Of a stretch of DNA of 64,000 bases, positions 39,114-50,232 are shown piece after piece. Origin of the DNA: Candidatus Hermodarchaeota archaeon (GTDB lineage: Archaea > Asgardarchaeota > Lokiarchaeia > Sigyniarchaeales > SOKP01); NCBI GenBank assembly GCA_048885525.1, contig JBHLLP010000014.1:17719-81718 (forward strand), in the 5' to 3' direction. The notes under the pieces are model-generated. The model was not told where the DNA came from. It saw only the letters and a list, made by a program, of their open reading frames with translations, and searched no databases. The translations under genes were made by a program, and so were the position numbers. Each line of letters starts with the position of its first letter. Position 1 is the first letter of the stretch.

Positions 39114-41252
39114 ATGAATTTTCTCATGACAACCCCTTTATCAAGCCCTACTCAACCAATTAATAAAGTTCAACGCTTTGAGGATTTTTATCGTTTATTT
39201 CAAGAGAAACCAGGTGTATATAAGTATCAAGATCAAATTAATGATATTTATGCCAAAGGAGGAAATACTCTAATTGTTTTTTATGAAGATTTATTGGCAA
39301 GTGAACCAGATATTGCTGAATTATTAAAACAAGATCCTGAAACACTACTTGAAGATGCTATAGAAGCATTTAAAAATTTATTAAAATTTCAAGGATCAAA
39401 ACTAACTCATCAAAATTATTTTGTCAGAATAACTACTAAAGATAAAATAAGTACTTTATTAATACCTCTAAGAGGATTAAGGGCAAAACATATTAGTACC
39501 CTAGTATGGTCTAAAGGTATCTTAGTTAGATGTTCTACCATAAGACCTAAGATAATAAATGCTTCTTTTGAATGTAATTTATGTGGAGCCCAATTTGATA
39601 TTATTCAGTTAACTTCTAGAATAAGATGGCCTAAATTTTGTGTAAATAAGAGATGTAAAGCAAAAGCACAAACAGACTTTAGACTTATATCAAAAAGTTC
39701 AGAATTTATCGATTGGCAAAGCGTCATGATTCAAGAGATACCAGAAGATTTGCCACCTGGAAGAATTCCTAGATCAGTTCAAGCAATTTTAACTCATGAT
39801 TTAGTTGATTCAGTAAAACCTGGAGATAGAGTTAAATTGATGGGAATTTTTAAATCGGTTTTAGCCCAATCAACTAAAAGTAATAATTCTACTTTATTCA
39901 AAACTTTTTTTGATATTAATTTTATAGATCCAGAAGATAAAGCAGAAGATATTATTGATCTCTCTAAGGAAGATAAGAAAAAAATTGAAGATCTCTCAAA
40001 AGAACCATTTATTCAAAAAAAAATAGCACGTTCAATTGCTCCCGATATATATGGGAGAGAAGATCTTAAAATAGCATCGGCTTTAAGTTTATTTGCAGGA
40101 ACAAGGAAAAAAAAACCAGGAGGAGGTTATAAAAGAGGTGATATACACGTATTATTTGTAGGAGATCCTGGAACAGGAAAATCAGAAATTTTAAAAAGTG
40201 CCATAGAAGTATCTCCCCGGGGATTGTATACTTCTGGAAAAGGTTCCACTGCTGTTGGTTTAACTGCGGCAGTAATAAAAGATACTGATACGGGTCAAAT
40301 GAACCTTGAAGCGGGTGTTGTTGTATTAGCAAATGGAGGTGTTGCGGCGATAGATGAATTTGATAAAATGGATACTGCAGATAGATCTGCTCTCCATGAA
40401 GCAATGGAACAACAAACTGTAAGTATTGCTAAAGCTGGAATTGTTGCAACATTAAAAGCTCAAACTGCTATTATAGCCGCTGCTAATCCATATTCTGGAA
40501 GATATGATAGATATAAAACACCTACTCAAAATATTAGATTACCTCCTTCTCTCTTATCTCGTTTTGATTTAATTTTTGTAGTTGTTGATAAGCCTAATCC
40601 AGCAGATGATGCTCAAATGGCCGAATTTATTTTAAAAAATTCTATGATAAGCTTAGAAGAGACATTTGAAGAAAATGATACTTCTGTAGCACCTATCTCG
40701 AGAGATCTTCTTAAAAAATATATTAAACATGCTAGGAGGACATGTAATCCAATCTTATCTGATGAGGCTAAAGATAGAATAAAAGAATTTTACCTTGAAT
40801 TAAGAGGTCAATATGATAGTGAAGATGCAATCATATCAATTTTAGCAAGAAATCTAGATGCTTTAGTTAGGCTTAGCGAGGCTTATGCTAAAATGGCGTT
40901 AAGAGATAAAGTAATTAAAGAAGATGTAGAAGAAATAATTAAATTATTTAAAAGATATCTTAAAGATACCGGTTATGACGAAACAACTGGTAAAATAGAT
41001 ATGGACCGAATTTTTGTTGGTCAATCTAGAACTAATCTAAACAAATTAGAAAAGATAATGAATAGATTGAAAGAAATCTTTGAAGAAAGTAATTGGAGAG
41101 CCCTTGAAAAATCTAATGTTATTCAAATTTTAGAGTTAGAAGAGAGTTTAGATAAAAAATTCATAGAAAACGCTTTGGATGAGTTAATAAAAGAGGGAAC
41201 TCTGTACGAGCCAAAAAGTAACCAAATTAAATTTACAAATAAATTAGATTAA
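39114..41252 (+). CDS. mcm: MCM replicative helicase
   Basis: Zn finger CNLC..C..C, GDPGTGKS, IDEFDKM, SRFD arginine finger, C-terminal WH; no intein. Confidence 0.97.
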   Translation: MNFLMTTPLSSPTQPINKVQRFEDFYRLFQEKPGVYKYQDQINDIYAKGGNTLIVFYEDLLASEPDIAELLKQDPETLLEDAIEAFKNLLKFQGSKLTHQNYFVRITTKDKISTLLIPLRGLRAKHISTLVWSKGILVRCSTIRPKIINASFECNLCGAQFDIIQLTSRIRWPKFCVNKRCKAKAQTDFRLISKSSEFIDWQSVMIQEIPEDLPPGRIPRSVQAILTHDLVDSVKPGDRVKLMGIFKSVLAQSTKSNNSTLFKTFFDINFIDPEDKAEDIIDLSKEDKKKIEDLSKEPFIQKKIARSIAPDIYGREDLKIASALSLFAGTRKKKPGGGYKRGDIHVLFVGDPGTGKSEILKSAIEVSPRGLYTSGKGSTAVGLTAAVIKDTDTGQMNLEAGVVVLANGGVAAIDEFDKMDTADRSALHEAMEQQTVSIAKAGIVATLKAQTAIIAAANPYSGRYDRYKTPTQNIRLPPSLLSRFDLIFVVVDKPNPADDAQMAEFILKNSMISLEETFEENDTSVAPISRDLLKKYIKHARRTCNPILSDEAKDRIKEFYLELRGQYDSEDAIISILARNLDALVRLSEAYAKMALRDKVIKEDVEEIIKLFKRYLKDTGYDETTGKIDMDRIFVGQSRTNLNKLEKIMNRLKEIFEESNWRALEKSNVIQILELEESLDKKFIENALDELIKEGTLYEPKSNQIKFTNKLD

Positions 41253-41290
41253 TCTCTAATTTACAACTTTTATTAAAATTAGTTCAATTT

Positions 41291-41815
41291 TTAAAAGAAA
41301 AATTTAACAGCTGCTTCCGAGATAATTTTAAATGCGAGTTCAACATTTTCTCCCGTTTTTGCAGATGTCTGAATAACTGATATAAAATTAATTTCCTTTT
41401 TTATAGAATTAATTTCTAATTCACTTAATTCCGTTCCTAAATCACTTTTATTTGCGAGTAGAATAATTGGGGCCTGGGCACAATATTGTTTTACGTCCGG
41501 AATCCAGAATTTTTCAATTTGATCGAATGTGTTTCTGCGTGTTAAATCCCCTACTATAATAATTCCTTTAGCTCCAGCATAATAAGATGGTCTCATACTT
41601 ATCCAACGCTCTTGTCCAGCGATATCCCAAAGCTGAAGTTTTGTATCATTATCCTTTTCTAATTTTATATTTTTAGTAAAAATGTTTGTACCTATACTTG
41701 ACCGATAATCTTTAGTAAATTGCCCAGTTATAAATTTTTTAACTAAACTTGTTTTGCCAACAGCAGGTTCTCCAATAATAATTATTTTCAGTGTGTATTT
41801 CTTAATCTTGTTCAT
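41291..41815 (-). CDS. Rab/Ras-like small GTPase
   Basis: GEPAVGKT, WDIAGQE, YYAGA, NKSD, TSAK; no C-terminal Cys prenylation motif. Confidence 0.92.
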   Translation of the reverse strand: MNKIKKYTLKIIIIGEPAVGKTSLVKKFITGQFTKDYRSSIGTNIFTKNIKLEKDNDTKLQLWDIAGQERWISMRPSYYAGAKGIIIVGDLTRRNTFDQIEKFWIPDVKQYCAQAPIILLANKSDLGTELSELEINSIKKEINFISVIQTSAKTGENVELAFKIISEAAVKFFF

Positions 41816-41916
41816 ATATGATTAATTCTATGAAGAAACTTTTTTAAGTATATATATAAATATTAAAATAATTAAGTTCTGAAATACTATATATAGAAAA
41901 ATAGAGAGATAATATT

Positions 41917-43017
41917 ATGACTACAGGTATAATTTATGATGACATTTATTTAGAACATGATATTGGAACTCAACTACAACATGTAGAAAGCCATGAAAGA
42001 TTAATTGCTATAATGAATTTTTTAGAAAAACAACAATTACTTGAAGATCCGAACTTTAGAATAATCAAACCAAGAAAAGCGAATTTAGACCAAATTAAGT
42101 ATGTCCATGAAGAAAGATTAATTAAAGAAATTCAAGAAATATGTGACTTAAGTGCTAAAACGCACCGTCTTCAGGCTATTGATATGGATACTGTAGCATC
42201 CCCCAAAACCTATGAAGCATCGTTATTCTCAGTCGGTGGAAATCTACAAGCTATAGATGAGATATTAAATAATAATATAAAGAATGCTTTTGCATTAGTA
42301 AGACCTCCTGGACACCATTCTAATTCACATCGATTTGCTGGATTTTGTATATTCAATAATATAGCTGTCGCAGCTGAATATCTTTTTAGAGAAAAAGGAG
42401 TAAAAAAAATAATTATTGTTGATTGGGATTGCCATCATGGTAATGGGACTCAAGATATATTTTATCAAGGTTCTAAATCAGATTCTGGTGAATTAGTAAT
42501 GTTTAATTCACATCAATATGGTTACTTTTATCCAGGTACGGGAAATTACAATGAAATTGGCACAGGTAAAGGAGCAGGAAACATTATTAATTATCCAATG
42601 CCTGCTGGTTCAGCTGATGATGTTATACCTCTTTTTTTCGATGAAATAATCGCTCCTGTATGTGAAGAGTTTAAGCCAGAATTTATTTTAATTTCTGCAG
42701 GTTTTGATACCCATTGGACAGATCAATTAACAAATATGAATTGGACATACCAAGCACCTGCAAACTATCTTAAAAAAATTAAAACAATCGCAAAAAAATA
42801 TGCTAATGAGAGGATTCTTATAACTTTAGAGGGAGGTTACGAACTAGATAAACAAGCTCGCGCTGTTTATAATTGTTTGAAAGTACTTAATGATGAAGAT
42901 GATAATCTTATATTAGAAGAAGCAAGATCTTCTAGGGTAGAATTGATAGATTACTTCAATAACAAATTAATTCCCGCATTGAAGGATAAATTAAAACCAT
43001 ATTGGGAGTGCTTTTAA
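41917..43017 (+). CDS. zinc-dependent deacetylase (HDAC/AcuC family)
   Basis: RPPGHH, GFCIFNN, DWDCHHGNGTQ, SAGFD, LEGGY. Confidence 0.93.
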   Translation: MTTGIIYDDIYLEHDIGTQLQHVESHERLIAIMNFLEKQQLLEDPNFRIIKPRKANLDQIKYVHEERLIKEIQEICDLSAKTHRLQAIDMDTVASPKTYEASLFSVGGNLQAIDEILNNNIKNAFALVRPPGHHSNSHRFAGFCIFNNIAVAAEYLFREKGVKKIIIVDWDCHHGNGTQDIFYQGSKSDSGELVMFNSHQYGYFYPGTGNYNEIGTGKGAGNIINYPMPAGSADDVIPLFFDEIIAPVCEEFKPEFILISAGFDTHWTDQLTNMNWTYQAPANYLKKIKTIAKKYANERILITLEGGYELDKQARAVYNCLKVLNDEDDNLILEEARSSRVELIDYFNNKLIPALKDKLKPYWECF

Positions 43018-43123
43018 GAAGTTAATTACAAAACACTTTTATATTTACATTTACGCTATTATTATAATTGCAGAAATATTATATAATAAAATTTTAGTTT
43101 ATAAAAATTATATCTAGATTATT

Positions 43124-44017
43124 ATGTCAGATGAATATAAGAGAAATAATAATGATAAAGAAAAGGAAAAAAAACCTTTTTCAGCACCATCGATGCCTCC
43201 ACCAACAATAACACCCCTTACACCCCCTCCTTCAATGCCAGCTCCAACAGCTACGCCCCCTGCGGCCCCTTCCCCTCTTACAACTCCTCCAATCCCCCCA
43301 CCTATAAGTAAACCTATTCCTTCTCCTATAACTGATTCCACACCTTCAATTTCAATAACCCCTTTACAAGAGGAATATGATTCAGTTAGAATACAACTCC
43401 AAGAAAAGGATTCTATAATAAATCAATTACAATCTCAAATTAATGATTTCAATACTCAAAATTCACAATTAAATGCGGTAATTCGAGAAAAAGAAAGCCA
43501 AATGAATCGAATAACAAATCAATTACAATCACTTCAGAGTTCAACCGAAGCTTATCAACAACAGGTTAAACAATTAACAGATGAAAATTCTCAACTAAAA
43601 GCTCATATTCCTGGATTACAACAACAAGTTCAAGAACTTCAACAACATAATTCTATGTTACAACAACAAATTGGACCATTACAGGCACAGATTACTAAAT
43701 TGCAGGAAGAAGTTATATATAAAGAAAAACGAATTGAAGAATTAAAAGAACCTAAAGCTGTAATGCCTTCAAGTTTAGCACAAGGTATAACAGATCAAAC
43801 AACAAGCTATATTACTAGCTCAACTTTAACCCCTACAACAACATCTACACCAAGCCCATCTGTTGGAACAGGATCTGGAAGAAGAATTTGCCCCAATTGT
43901 GGTGCAAGTGGGTTTGCTGTAAAAGAAGTTGAAGATAAAACACGAATAATCAGCTACATTCCAAAACCTATTTATGCAAAAAAGCTGGTATGTACTAAAT
44001 GCGGCTTTGAATTCTAA
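43124..44017 (+). CDS. proline-rich / coiled-coil / C-terminal zinc-ribbon protein
   Basis: Poly-Pro aa ~18-75, Q-rich heptads aa ~80-210, CPNCG...CTKCG. Confidence 0.75.
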   Translation: MSDEYKRNNNDKEKEKKPFSAPSMPPPTITPLTPPPSMPAPTATPPAAPSPLTTPPIPPPISKPIPSPITDSTPSISITPLQEEYDSVRIQLQEKDSIINQLQSQINDFNTQNSQLNAVIREKESQMNRITNQLQSLQSSTEAYQQQVKQLTDENSQLKAHIPGLQQQVQELQQHNSMLQQQIGPLQAQITKLQEEVIYKEKRIEELKEPKAVMPSSLAQGITDQTTSYITSSTLTPTTTSTPSPSVGTGSGRRICPNCGASGFAVKEVEDKTRIISYIPKPIYAKKLVCTKCGFEF

Positions 44018-44267
44018 TGTATTCATTTTTGCTTTTAAACCATTAGGGTATTCTTTAATTCTTTTTTGAGATAGTTTATTTTATAGCTACTTCAATTGAG
44101 CTATTTTTTAAAAGTTACTAACAACAATCTACAATAAAATTCTTTACAATATCTTTTTTAAAGAAACTAACAACTTAAAATAGTATGTGGAAAATTATAA
44201 ATATAATAATTTCAATTAATATTCTAAACTCTTTTTTGAAAAAAAAAACGGTTTATTTTGATATCCT

Positions 44268-47200
44268 ATGTCTGAATTAAGAGAGGAATTATTAGGCGGC
44301 GGTATTAATAAAAAAAGAGTAATTGGAACAGTTTTAGTAGCAGTAATTTTAATCAGTATTTTTGCGTTCTCAACAGTTTTTTTTAATTTGCTTTTTGGTT
44401 CTCAAAGACCGTTCCCTAGCAAGGAGAAAGCAAAAGCTGAAGAAGAAGATCCAGAATTAATTAAACCCCCTTTTCCTTTTGATGAAGATTTTTTTCAAGA
44501 TTTATTTGATGATTTGACTCCAGAACAATTGCAGGAACTAATGGATATGCTACCAGACATGTTAGATGGTAATATTGATGATCTTGATCTAAATGATTTT
44601 TCAGAAGCTCTCTTGGCACTATTAGGATCTCTAGCTGCTGAGAAAGAGATTTTTAGGGTTTATGATTATCAACTATTCATAGATATGGCAACTAAATTAT
44701 GGAGATATGAATGTTTTGATGAATATACTGGGGAAAGTTGGCACTCAACAGCAGCTAGTAGTGTATTTGATTTCATCAGTTATGGTGAGTATTTATCACA
44801 GTATTCCTCTTGTGATATAATAACCATTAAAATGCCACTTACTCCTAATTTGGGTGCGAATTCCATGGTGATCCCTTCATTTTTTCCAACTCCTTTTATT
44901 ATGGATGGAAGTGTTTATGCAGAAAATTTAGATCTAGGATCTGTTAATCTAGAGAAGACTGATTTTAACTGCACCACAATAGATCTTCAATTTTTTCAAG
45001 AAGATCCTGTTAATCTGACATATGAGTTATTTGGATTAGATTTACCAAGTAATAATGAGATTAATAATAGTGCTGTTCAGGCACAATACACTCCGGTTTT
45101 CATAAAAAATAAATATTTAAAATTACCATTCGGGATACAAAATTATATCAATAATTACCCAAATATCAAAACTCACTATGATGCTTTAGATTTGATTATT
45201 GGAGATACAGATAATACTTTTGAGGTTGCTAATAAAATAAGAGGTTATCTTCAATATAATTTCCTATCACCTTTAACAGGAATGGATATTTTCAGCTACA
45301 ATGCGGCTCCAGAAGGAAGAGATATTGTGGATTATTTCTGCGAGCAAGGAGAAGGTCTTTGGTCAGATTTTGCTACTGCATTTTGTGTATTTGCTAGAGC
45401 TTTTAATGTTTCAAGTCGTTTTGTGGATGGTTTCAATAGTTTCGGTATTGAAGAAGGTTTTGATACACAAGAGGGTAAGGACTATTTTGCAATTAAGTAT
45501 TTAAATTTATACAGTTGGGCTGAAATTTATGTTCCAACCGATGTTTCTGGAAATGGTAATTGGGTTCAAATTGATGTTTTTGAAGCGATCCCTTATACCC
45601 CTTTTACATCTGAATTTAATATTAGTGTTTCAGCTGATCAACTATCTTATTCTCGACCAGATGTGGCAAATATTACTGCTATATTAACTTCAACTAACAG
45701 CTCCGTAAACGGTAGAACAATAACTTTCAATGATTATACTACCGGGCAACTAATCGGCCAATCCATTACAGATTCAAATGGTGAAGCGTCGATTCTTGTA
45801 AATATTAATAATTCTCAAGTTGTAGGACCACATATTATTGAGGCAGCATATGGTTTATCTGCAGTTAATTACACATTATTTACTGTCTTAGGTCCTATTG
45901 AAGTCAATCTTAATAGTGTTAATCCCACCGAGGTTAACATATCTGACGCTATTCTTCCAGATAGTACCGATATTCAAGGTTATGTATATGATCCAATCAG
46001 CGGATTAAGAGTTGAGAGTGCAGAGGTTAATTTCATTTTATTTCAGAAAGGTACAAACATTGAAGTACCAACCGCATTTAATCCTGCAGCTAGAAATACA
46101 GATGTTAACGGGGATTTTGATGGAATATTGAATTTAGAACCTTCGGTCTCATCAGGATTATACGAAATAAGAGTAGATTTTAACGGAACTTGGTGGATTG
46201 ATACGCCTTATTTTAATTTTCCATTTACACCTATCCCACTTATTACTGATTCGAGCAATAGATTAGAGTTTAATGTGACTGAAGCATTACCCTTGTTATT
46301 TGATTTCTTTATAAATGGAACAACTCCTACTGACTATGAAAATCCAAAAATAAATCGCAATGATTTTTTAAACTTAACAGCATATCTTCAAATAGGTCCC
46401 GATCCAATATCAGATGGAGCTTTGATTGATTTTTATGATGTAACACAAGGCAATCCTATTGGTTCTGCTTTAACGAGCTCTGGATATGCTCAATATGTAT
46501 ATCAAACTGATGCAAGTACTACTGCTGGACCACATTTAATATATGCAAAATATGGTGCAAATTATGTTTATTCATATTTCATCTTAGATGAACCAATAAG
46601 TGTTAATCTTGATATATGCCCGTTCCCTCTACAGGTGAACCGAAGCACTTCAATTGGTAGAAATTTTTTAATTCATGGATATTTGAATGATATAAGCAAT
46701 GGAAATCCTATAAAGTATGGTTTAATTTCTGTATTTTTACTTGATTCTGGTATTCCCGTTAGTAAATTAATTTTAGAGTCAGGATCCTACCAACTTGATG
46801 AAACGGGAGAAATTAATTTAACTTTTTCAGTAATGGAGGATACAGATCCACAAAATTATACCTTACGAGTCGACTTTAATGGTCAATTTGGCTATCCATA
46901 CTTCTTTAATTTAGGTTTTATGCCTAATTTTGTTGATTCTGCCAATGGTTTTTATGATTTAACTGTAATTGATCCATATGATATTAATATAGATTTCTAT
47001 ATTGATGGAAATCCAACTTTACCTGTGTATGATGATATAAATCTCCCCGAGAGATATAATCGGGGAGCATTAATTAATTTTACAGTTAATATAACACAAA
47101 CTGGTAACCCAGTATCCACAGGCATAGTGACCCTCACTGATGTTTTTACCGATTCTTTATTAGGTTCACACACATTTAATCTAACAGATCCTGGATATTA

Positions 47201-48026
47201 TGAATTTTATCCTATTGATACGACTTTATGGCATGCTGGATTACATCAAATAAGGGTTGATTATGTATCTGGTCCAATTACAGTTATAGAAACAACATAT
47301 GTGATTATAAATGAGACTATGAACATTTTTACAAGTTTAAATAAAAACTCCGTTTTAAGGGGTAGTGTTGATAGTTTTACTGTCTCAGGTACAGTTCAAG
47401 AAAGTGGAGAACTTTTAAGAGGATTATTAGTTAATATAATATTGCTAAACAGCACTCTTAGTGATTTTTCTGCATATCTAATTGGTCCATCAACTTGGAT
47501 AACAAATGACGTAGGTTATTATCAGTTTGTTAATTCAATTGATATAAACTGTCCTCAAGGAGAGTATTATATAAGAATAGATTTTAACGGAACTATAAGT
47601 TATACTGATATATTTTTAAATGATTTTTTGATTCATAATAGTAGTTTACTCATACCATTGAATATAACAGCTGGGACAAAAATAACATCCCTTTCATATT
47701 ATCTTGAATATGACCCATTCCCTGATAGTTGGGCTGACGGAGATACACTATATGTATTAGGAAATTTAACATGGGACAACAATAATCCTATAACTGGAGT
47801 AATTATAAATGTCACAATTATTGATGAAACTTATGACACGATTGTCATATATAACGACGTTGTTTTAACAGATCCTTATGGAGGATTTAATGTTTCAATA
47901 TTTATCGATGAAAACGATTCCTGGCCCACTTTAAAAAGTAATACTGAAATTAGAGTTTCTTTTGATCCAATAATTAATGGCATATATTATGCAGAATCTG
48001 ATGAGGAATCTATTTTTCCTTCATAG
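44268..48026 (+). CDS. membrane-anchored surface protein with transglutaminase-like (catalytically altered) domain and Ig-like repeats
   Basis: N-terminal TM; GEGLWSDFATAF..ARAF..SSRFVDGF..YSWAEIY..W..ID; beta-rich repeats with many NxS/T sequons. Confidence 0.78.
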   Translation: MSELREELLGGGINKKRVIGTVLVAVILISIFAFSTVFFNLLFGSQRPFPSKEKAKAEEEDPELIKPPFPFDEDFFQDLFDDLTPEQLQELMDMLPDMLDGNIDDLDLNDFSEALLALLGSLAAEKEIFRVYDYQLFIDMATKLWRYECFDEYTGESWHSTAASSVFDFISYGEYLSQYSSCDIITIKMPLTPNLGANSMVIPSFFPTPFIMDGSVYAENLDLGSVNLEKTDFNCTTIDLQFFQEDPVNLTYELFGLDLPSNNEINNSAVQAQYTPVFIKNKYLKLPFGIQNYINNYPNIKTHYDALDLIIGDTDNTFEVANKIRGYLQYNFLSPLTGMDIFSYNAAPEGRDIVDYFCEQGEGLWSDFATAFCVFARAFNVSSRFVDGFNSFGIEEGFDTQEGKDYFAIKYLNLYSWAEIYVPTDVSGNGNWVQIDVFEAIPYTPFTSEFNISVSADQLSYSRPDVANITAILTSTNSSVNGRTITFNDYTTGQLIGQSITDSNGEASILVNINNSQVVGPHIIEAAYGLSAVNYTLFTVLGPIEVNLNSVNPTEVNISDAILPDSTDIQGYVYDPISGLRVESAEVNFILFQKGTNIEVPTAFNPAARNTDVNGDFDGILNLEPSVSSGLYEIRVDFNGTWWIDTPYFNFPFTPIPLITDSSNRLEFNVTEALPLLFDFFINGTTPTDYENPKINRNDFLNLTAYLQIGPDPISDGALIDFYDVTQGNPIGSALTSSGYAQYVYQTDASTTAGPHLIYAKYGANYVYSYFILDEPISVNLDICPFPLQVNRSTSIGRNFLIHGYLNDISNGNPIKYGLISVFLLDSGIPVSKLILESGSYQLDETGEINLTFSVMEDTDPQNYTLRVDFNGQFGYPYFFNLGFMPNFVDSANGFYDLTVIDPYDINIDFYIDGNPTLPVYDDINLPERYNRGALINFTVNITQTGNPVSTGIVTLTDVFTDSLLGSHTFNLTDPGYYEFYPIDTTLWHAGLHQIRVDYVSGPITVIETTYVIINETMNIFTSLNKNSVLRGSVDSFTVSGTVQESGELLRGLLVNIILLNSTLSDFSAYLIGPSTWITNDVGYYQFVNSIDINCPQGEYYIRIDFNGTISYTDIFLNDFLIHNSSLLIPLNITAGTKITSLSYYLEYDPFPDSWADGDTLYVLGNLTWDNNNPITGVIINVTIIDETYDTIVIYNDVVLTDPYGGFNVSIFIDENDSWPTLKSNTEIRVSFDPIINGIYYAESDEESIFPS

Positions 48027-48059
48027 TTATAATTTTAAAAGAAAATTGATAAAAAATTT

Positions 48060-49679
48060 ATGGTAATTATTTTGAATGAAAGGAACAAAATGAAAAGCAT
48101 TTCATTCGGAATCTTTATTGTATTGATTTTCTTCACATCCTCATTGTTTTTTTATAAGAATTCTGATATTTTAAATCAGAATACTTGTGATAGTAAACAA
48201 AATAATGATATTGGGAAAAATCTCAAAGTATCATCAATAATAGGAGTCATTAATTTAACAAACTACTGGATTGATGGAACGCGTCATTATCATAATTCAA
48301 CTATTACAATTGAAGGGAAAATATACAAGCCAATTCCTCCACCTCCTCCTTATATAAATCTCTCAGGTTATAATGTGGCAATCGTTGTAAATGATATTTT
48401 GGATACAAGATACAATGCTACTTCCGATGGATTTGGTGGATTCCAAATTAATTATAGAATCCCCTTCACACTTGATGTTTATTCAAGTCATAAAATTGAA
48501 GTTGAATGTATTGATAATCTAGGGATTGATGAGATTAAGAAAAACAATTATTTTAATATTTATGTAAATGCAACTTCTGTTTTCGATATTACTGGAAAAG
48601 ATATCTCTCCTAAAATTCCAGGAGAGGATTTTAGAATTGAAGGATTTCTAAAGTATGACCATCTGAATGGTGCAGGTATACCAAACGTCCAAATAAATTA
48701 CAATTGGTTTAATAGTTCATATAATTGGCCAAGTAATAACTTTTTTACAAATCCCTCTGATGGCTCATTTTCACAAGATATCCCAATCCCTACTAATATA
48801 TTAGATCAAAATATTAGTTTAAATTTAAGTTATTCAGGAGATTTCCCAAATATTGGAAATTCAGAAATTATTACGCATATATCAAATCTATTTTCGAATA
48901 TAACTTGTTACTGGAATACTATTGATAAAGCAGCTGAAAGAGAATCAATTACAATAGCGGGGCAAATAGTATCATTTAGCAATAATTCTCTTGAAATAAG
49001 TAATAGAACATTATTTATCAGTTTCCAAGGAACTCAAATTGGTGTTGATATCACCGATTCAAATGGATTTTTTTCCTATACTTACACCGTCCCGCCAGGA
49101 ATAGGTATTAAATTAATTGAAATTGATGTATCAAATAATGCAGGGATTTTGCTTTCTTCTAGTAAACCTATAAATATTACTGGAGTCTCTTACACTCCTA
49201 CCACCCCTCCTGAATTACCACCTTTCTTAATATTTTCATTAATATTTTTTCCAATATTAACAGCAGTTGTAGCAGTTTTGGGAGTTTTTGGATATCGTTA
49301 TTATAAGAAACAAGAAAAAGAATCGCGGGTAGTTACTCTACCACTCGAATCAAAAATTATAAATCTTAAAATTCTTAAAGATACAGGAAGATTAGAAGAA
49401 TCAATATCATACTTATTTAATGCAATTTATATGGATTTAATAAATGCTAAGTATAACCGAACAAGAAAAATAAACGAAACTATTAGAGACTTTGCAATAA
49501 TTTCTGTTAAAGAATTGAAACTAACTCCAGCAGCAATTTACCCTTTCATTCAAAAAGTAGAGGAGATAATCTATGCAAAACCATTTTATATAACTGAAAA
49601 AGATTTCTACATTACATGTGAATTATTTTCCCCAATATATTTTCAATTAACAGGATTTAATTTTATTTTAAATTTTTAA
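48060..49679 (+). CDS. single-pass Ig-like surface protein with cytoplasmic DUF4129-like domain
   Basis: N-terminal hydrophobic segment, T..G.F beta repeats, TM at aa ~390-412, C-terminal ETIRDF..EEIIYA. Confidence 0.7.
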   Translation: MVIILNERNKMKSISFGIFIVLIFFTSSLFFYKNSDILNQNTCDSKQNNDIGKNLKVSSIIGVINLTNYWIDGTRHYHNSTITIEGKIYKPIPPPPPYINLSGYNVAIVVNDILDTRYNATSDGFGGFQINYRIPFTLDVYSSHKIEVECIDNLGIDEIKKNNYFNIYVNATSVFDITGKDISPKIPGEDFRIEGFLKYDHLNGAGIPNVQINYNWFNSSYNWPSNNFFTNPSDGSFSQDIPIPTNILDQNISLNLSYSGDFPNIGNSEIITHISNLFSNITCYWNTIDKAAERESITIAGQIVSFSNNSLEISNRTLFISFQGTQIGVDITDSNGFFSYTYTVPPGIGIKLIEIDVSNNAGILLSSSKPINITGVSYTPTTPPELPPFLIFSLIFFPILTAVVAVLGVFGYRYYKKQEKESRVVTLPLESKIINLKILKDTGRLEESISYLFNAIYMDLINAKYNRTRKINETIRDFAIISVKELKLTPAAIYPFIQKVEEIIYAKPFYITEKDFYITCELFSPIYFQLTGFNFILNF

Positions 49680-49797
49680 GCACACCATAATTTAAAATTC
49701 AACAGTAAAAATGCAAAAAATGTAAAAAAAATTATAAATTTAAAAAAAATTATTATATAGATTATTTTAAAAAATAATAGAAAATGGTAAAAAAATA

Positions 49798-50175
49798 ATG
49801 GCAAAAAAGAAAAAGAAACGACCAGAACCAGAGATTAATATAAAACAAAAATTTGATAATGTCAAAATACTCGTTGAAACAAATCGACCCAAGGAGGCAA
49901 TAGCCTATATTTATCTTGTTTACGATGATATTCTAAATGTTAAGTTTAAAAAACCAAGATTAGCACATCAGACGATTCGTGAATATGCAATAAAATGCGT
50001 TAATGAATTAGAAAAAAGTCTAAAACCAGAATCTGTTTATCCTTTTATTAAAAAAATCGAAGATATAATCTACGGTGGAGTAGAACCAACAAACAAAGAA
50101 TTGAATTATACAATAGATTTATTCACAAATTTATACAATGAAATTACTGGAAAGTCATTTGTGTTTAAACTCTAG
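49798..50175 (+). CDS. stand-alone DUF4129-like protein
   Basis: QTIREY..EDIIYG; visibly paralogous to the C-terminus of the upstream gene. Confidence 0.7.
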   Translation: MAKKKKKRPEPEINIKQKFDNVKILVETNRPKEAIAYIYLVYDDILNVKFKKPRLAHQTIREYAIKCVNELEKSLKPESVYPFIKKIEDIIYGGVEPTNKELNYTIDLFTNLYNEITGKSFVFKL

Positions 50176-50232
50176 GTTCAAGTAGGTATTATATTTTTTA
50201 TTAATTTAAAAATAATTAAGAAGTAAACCACA

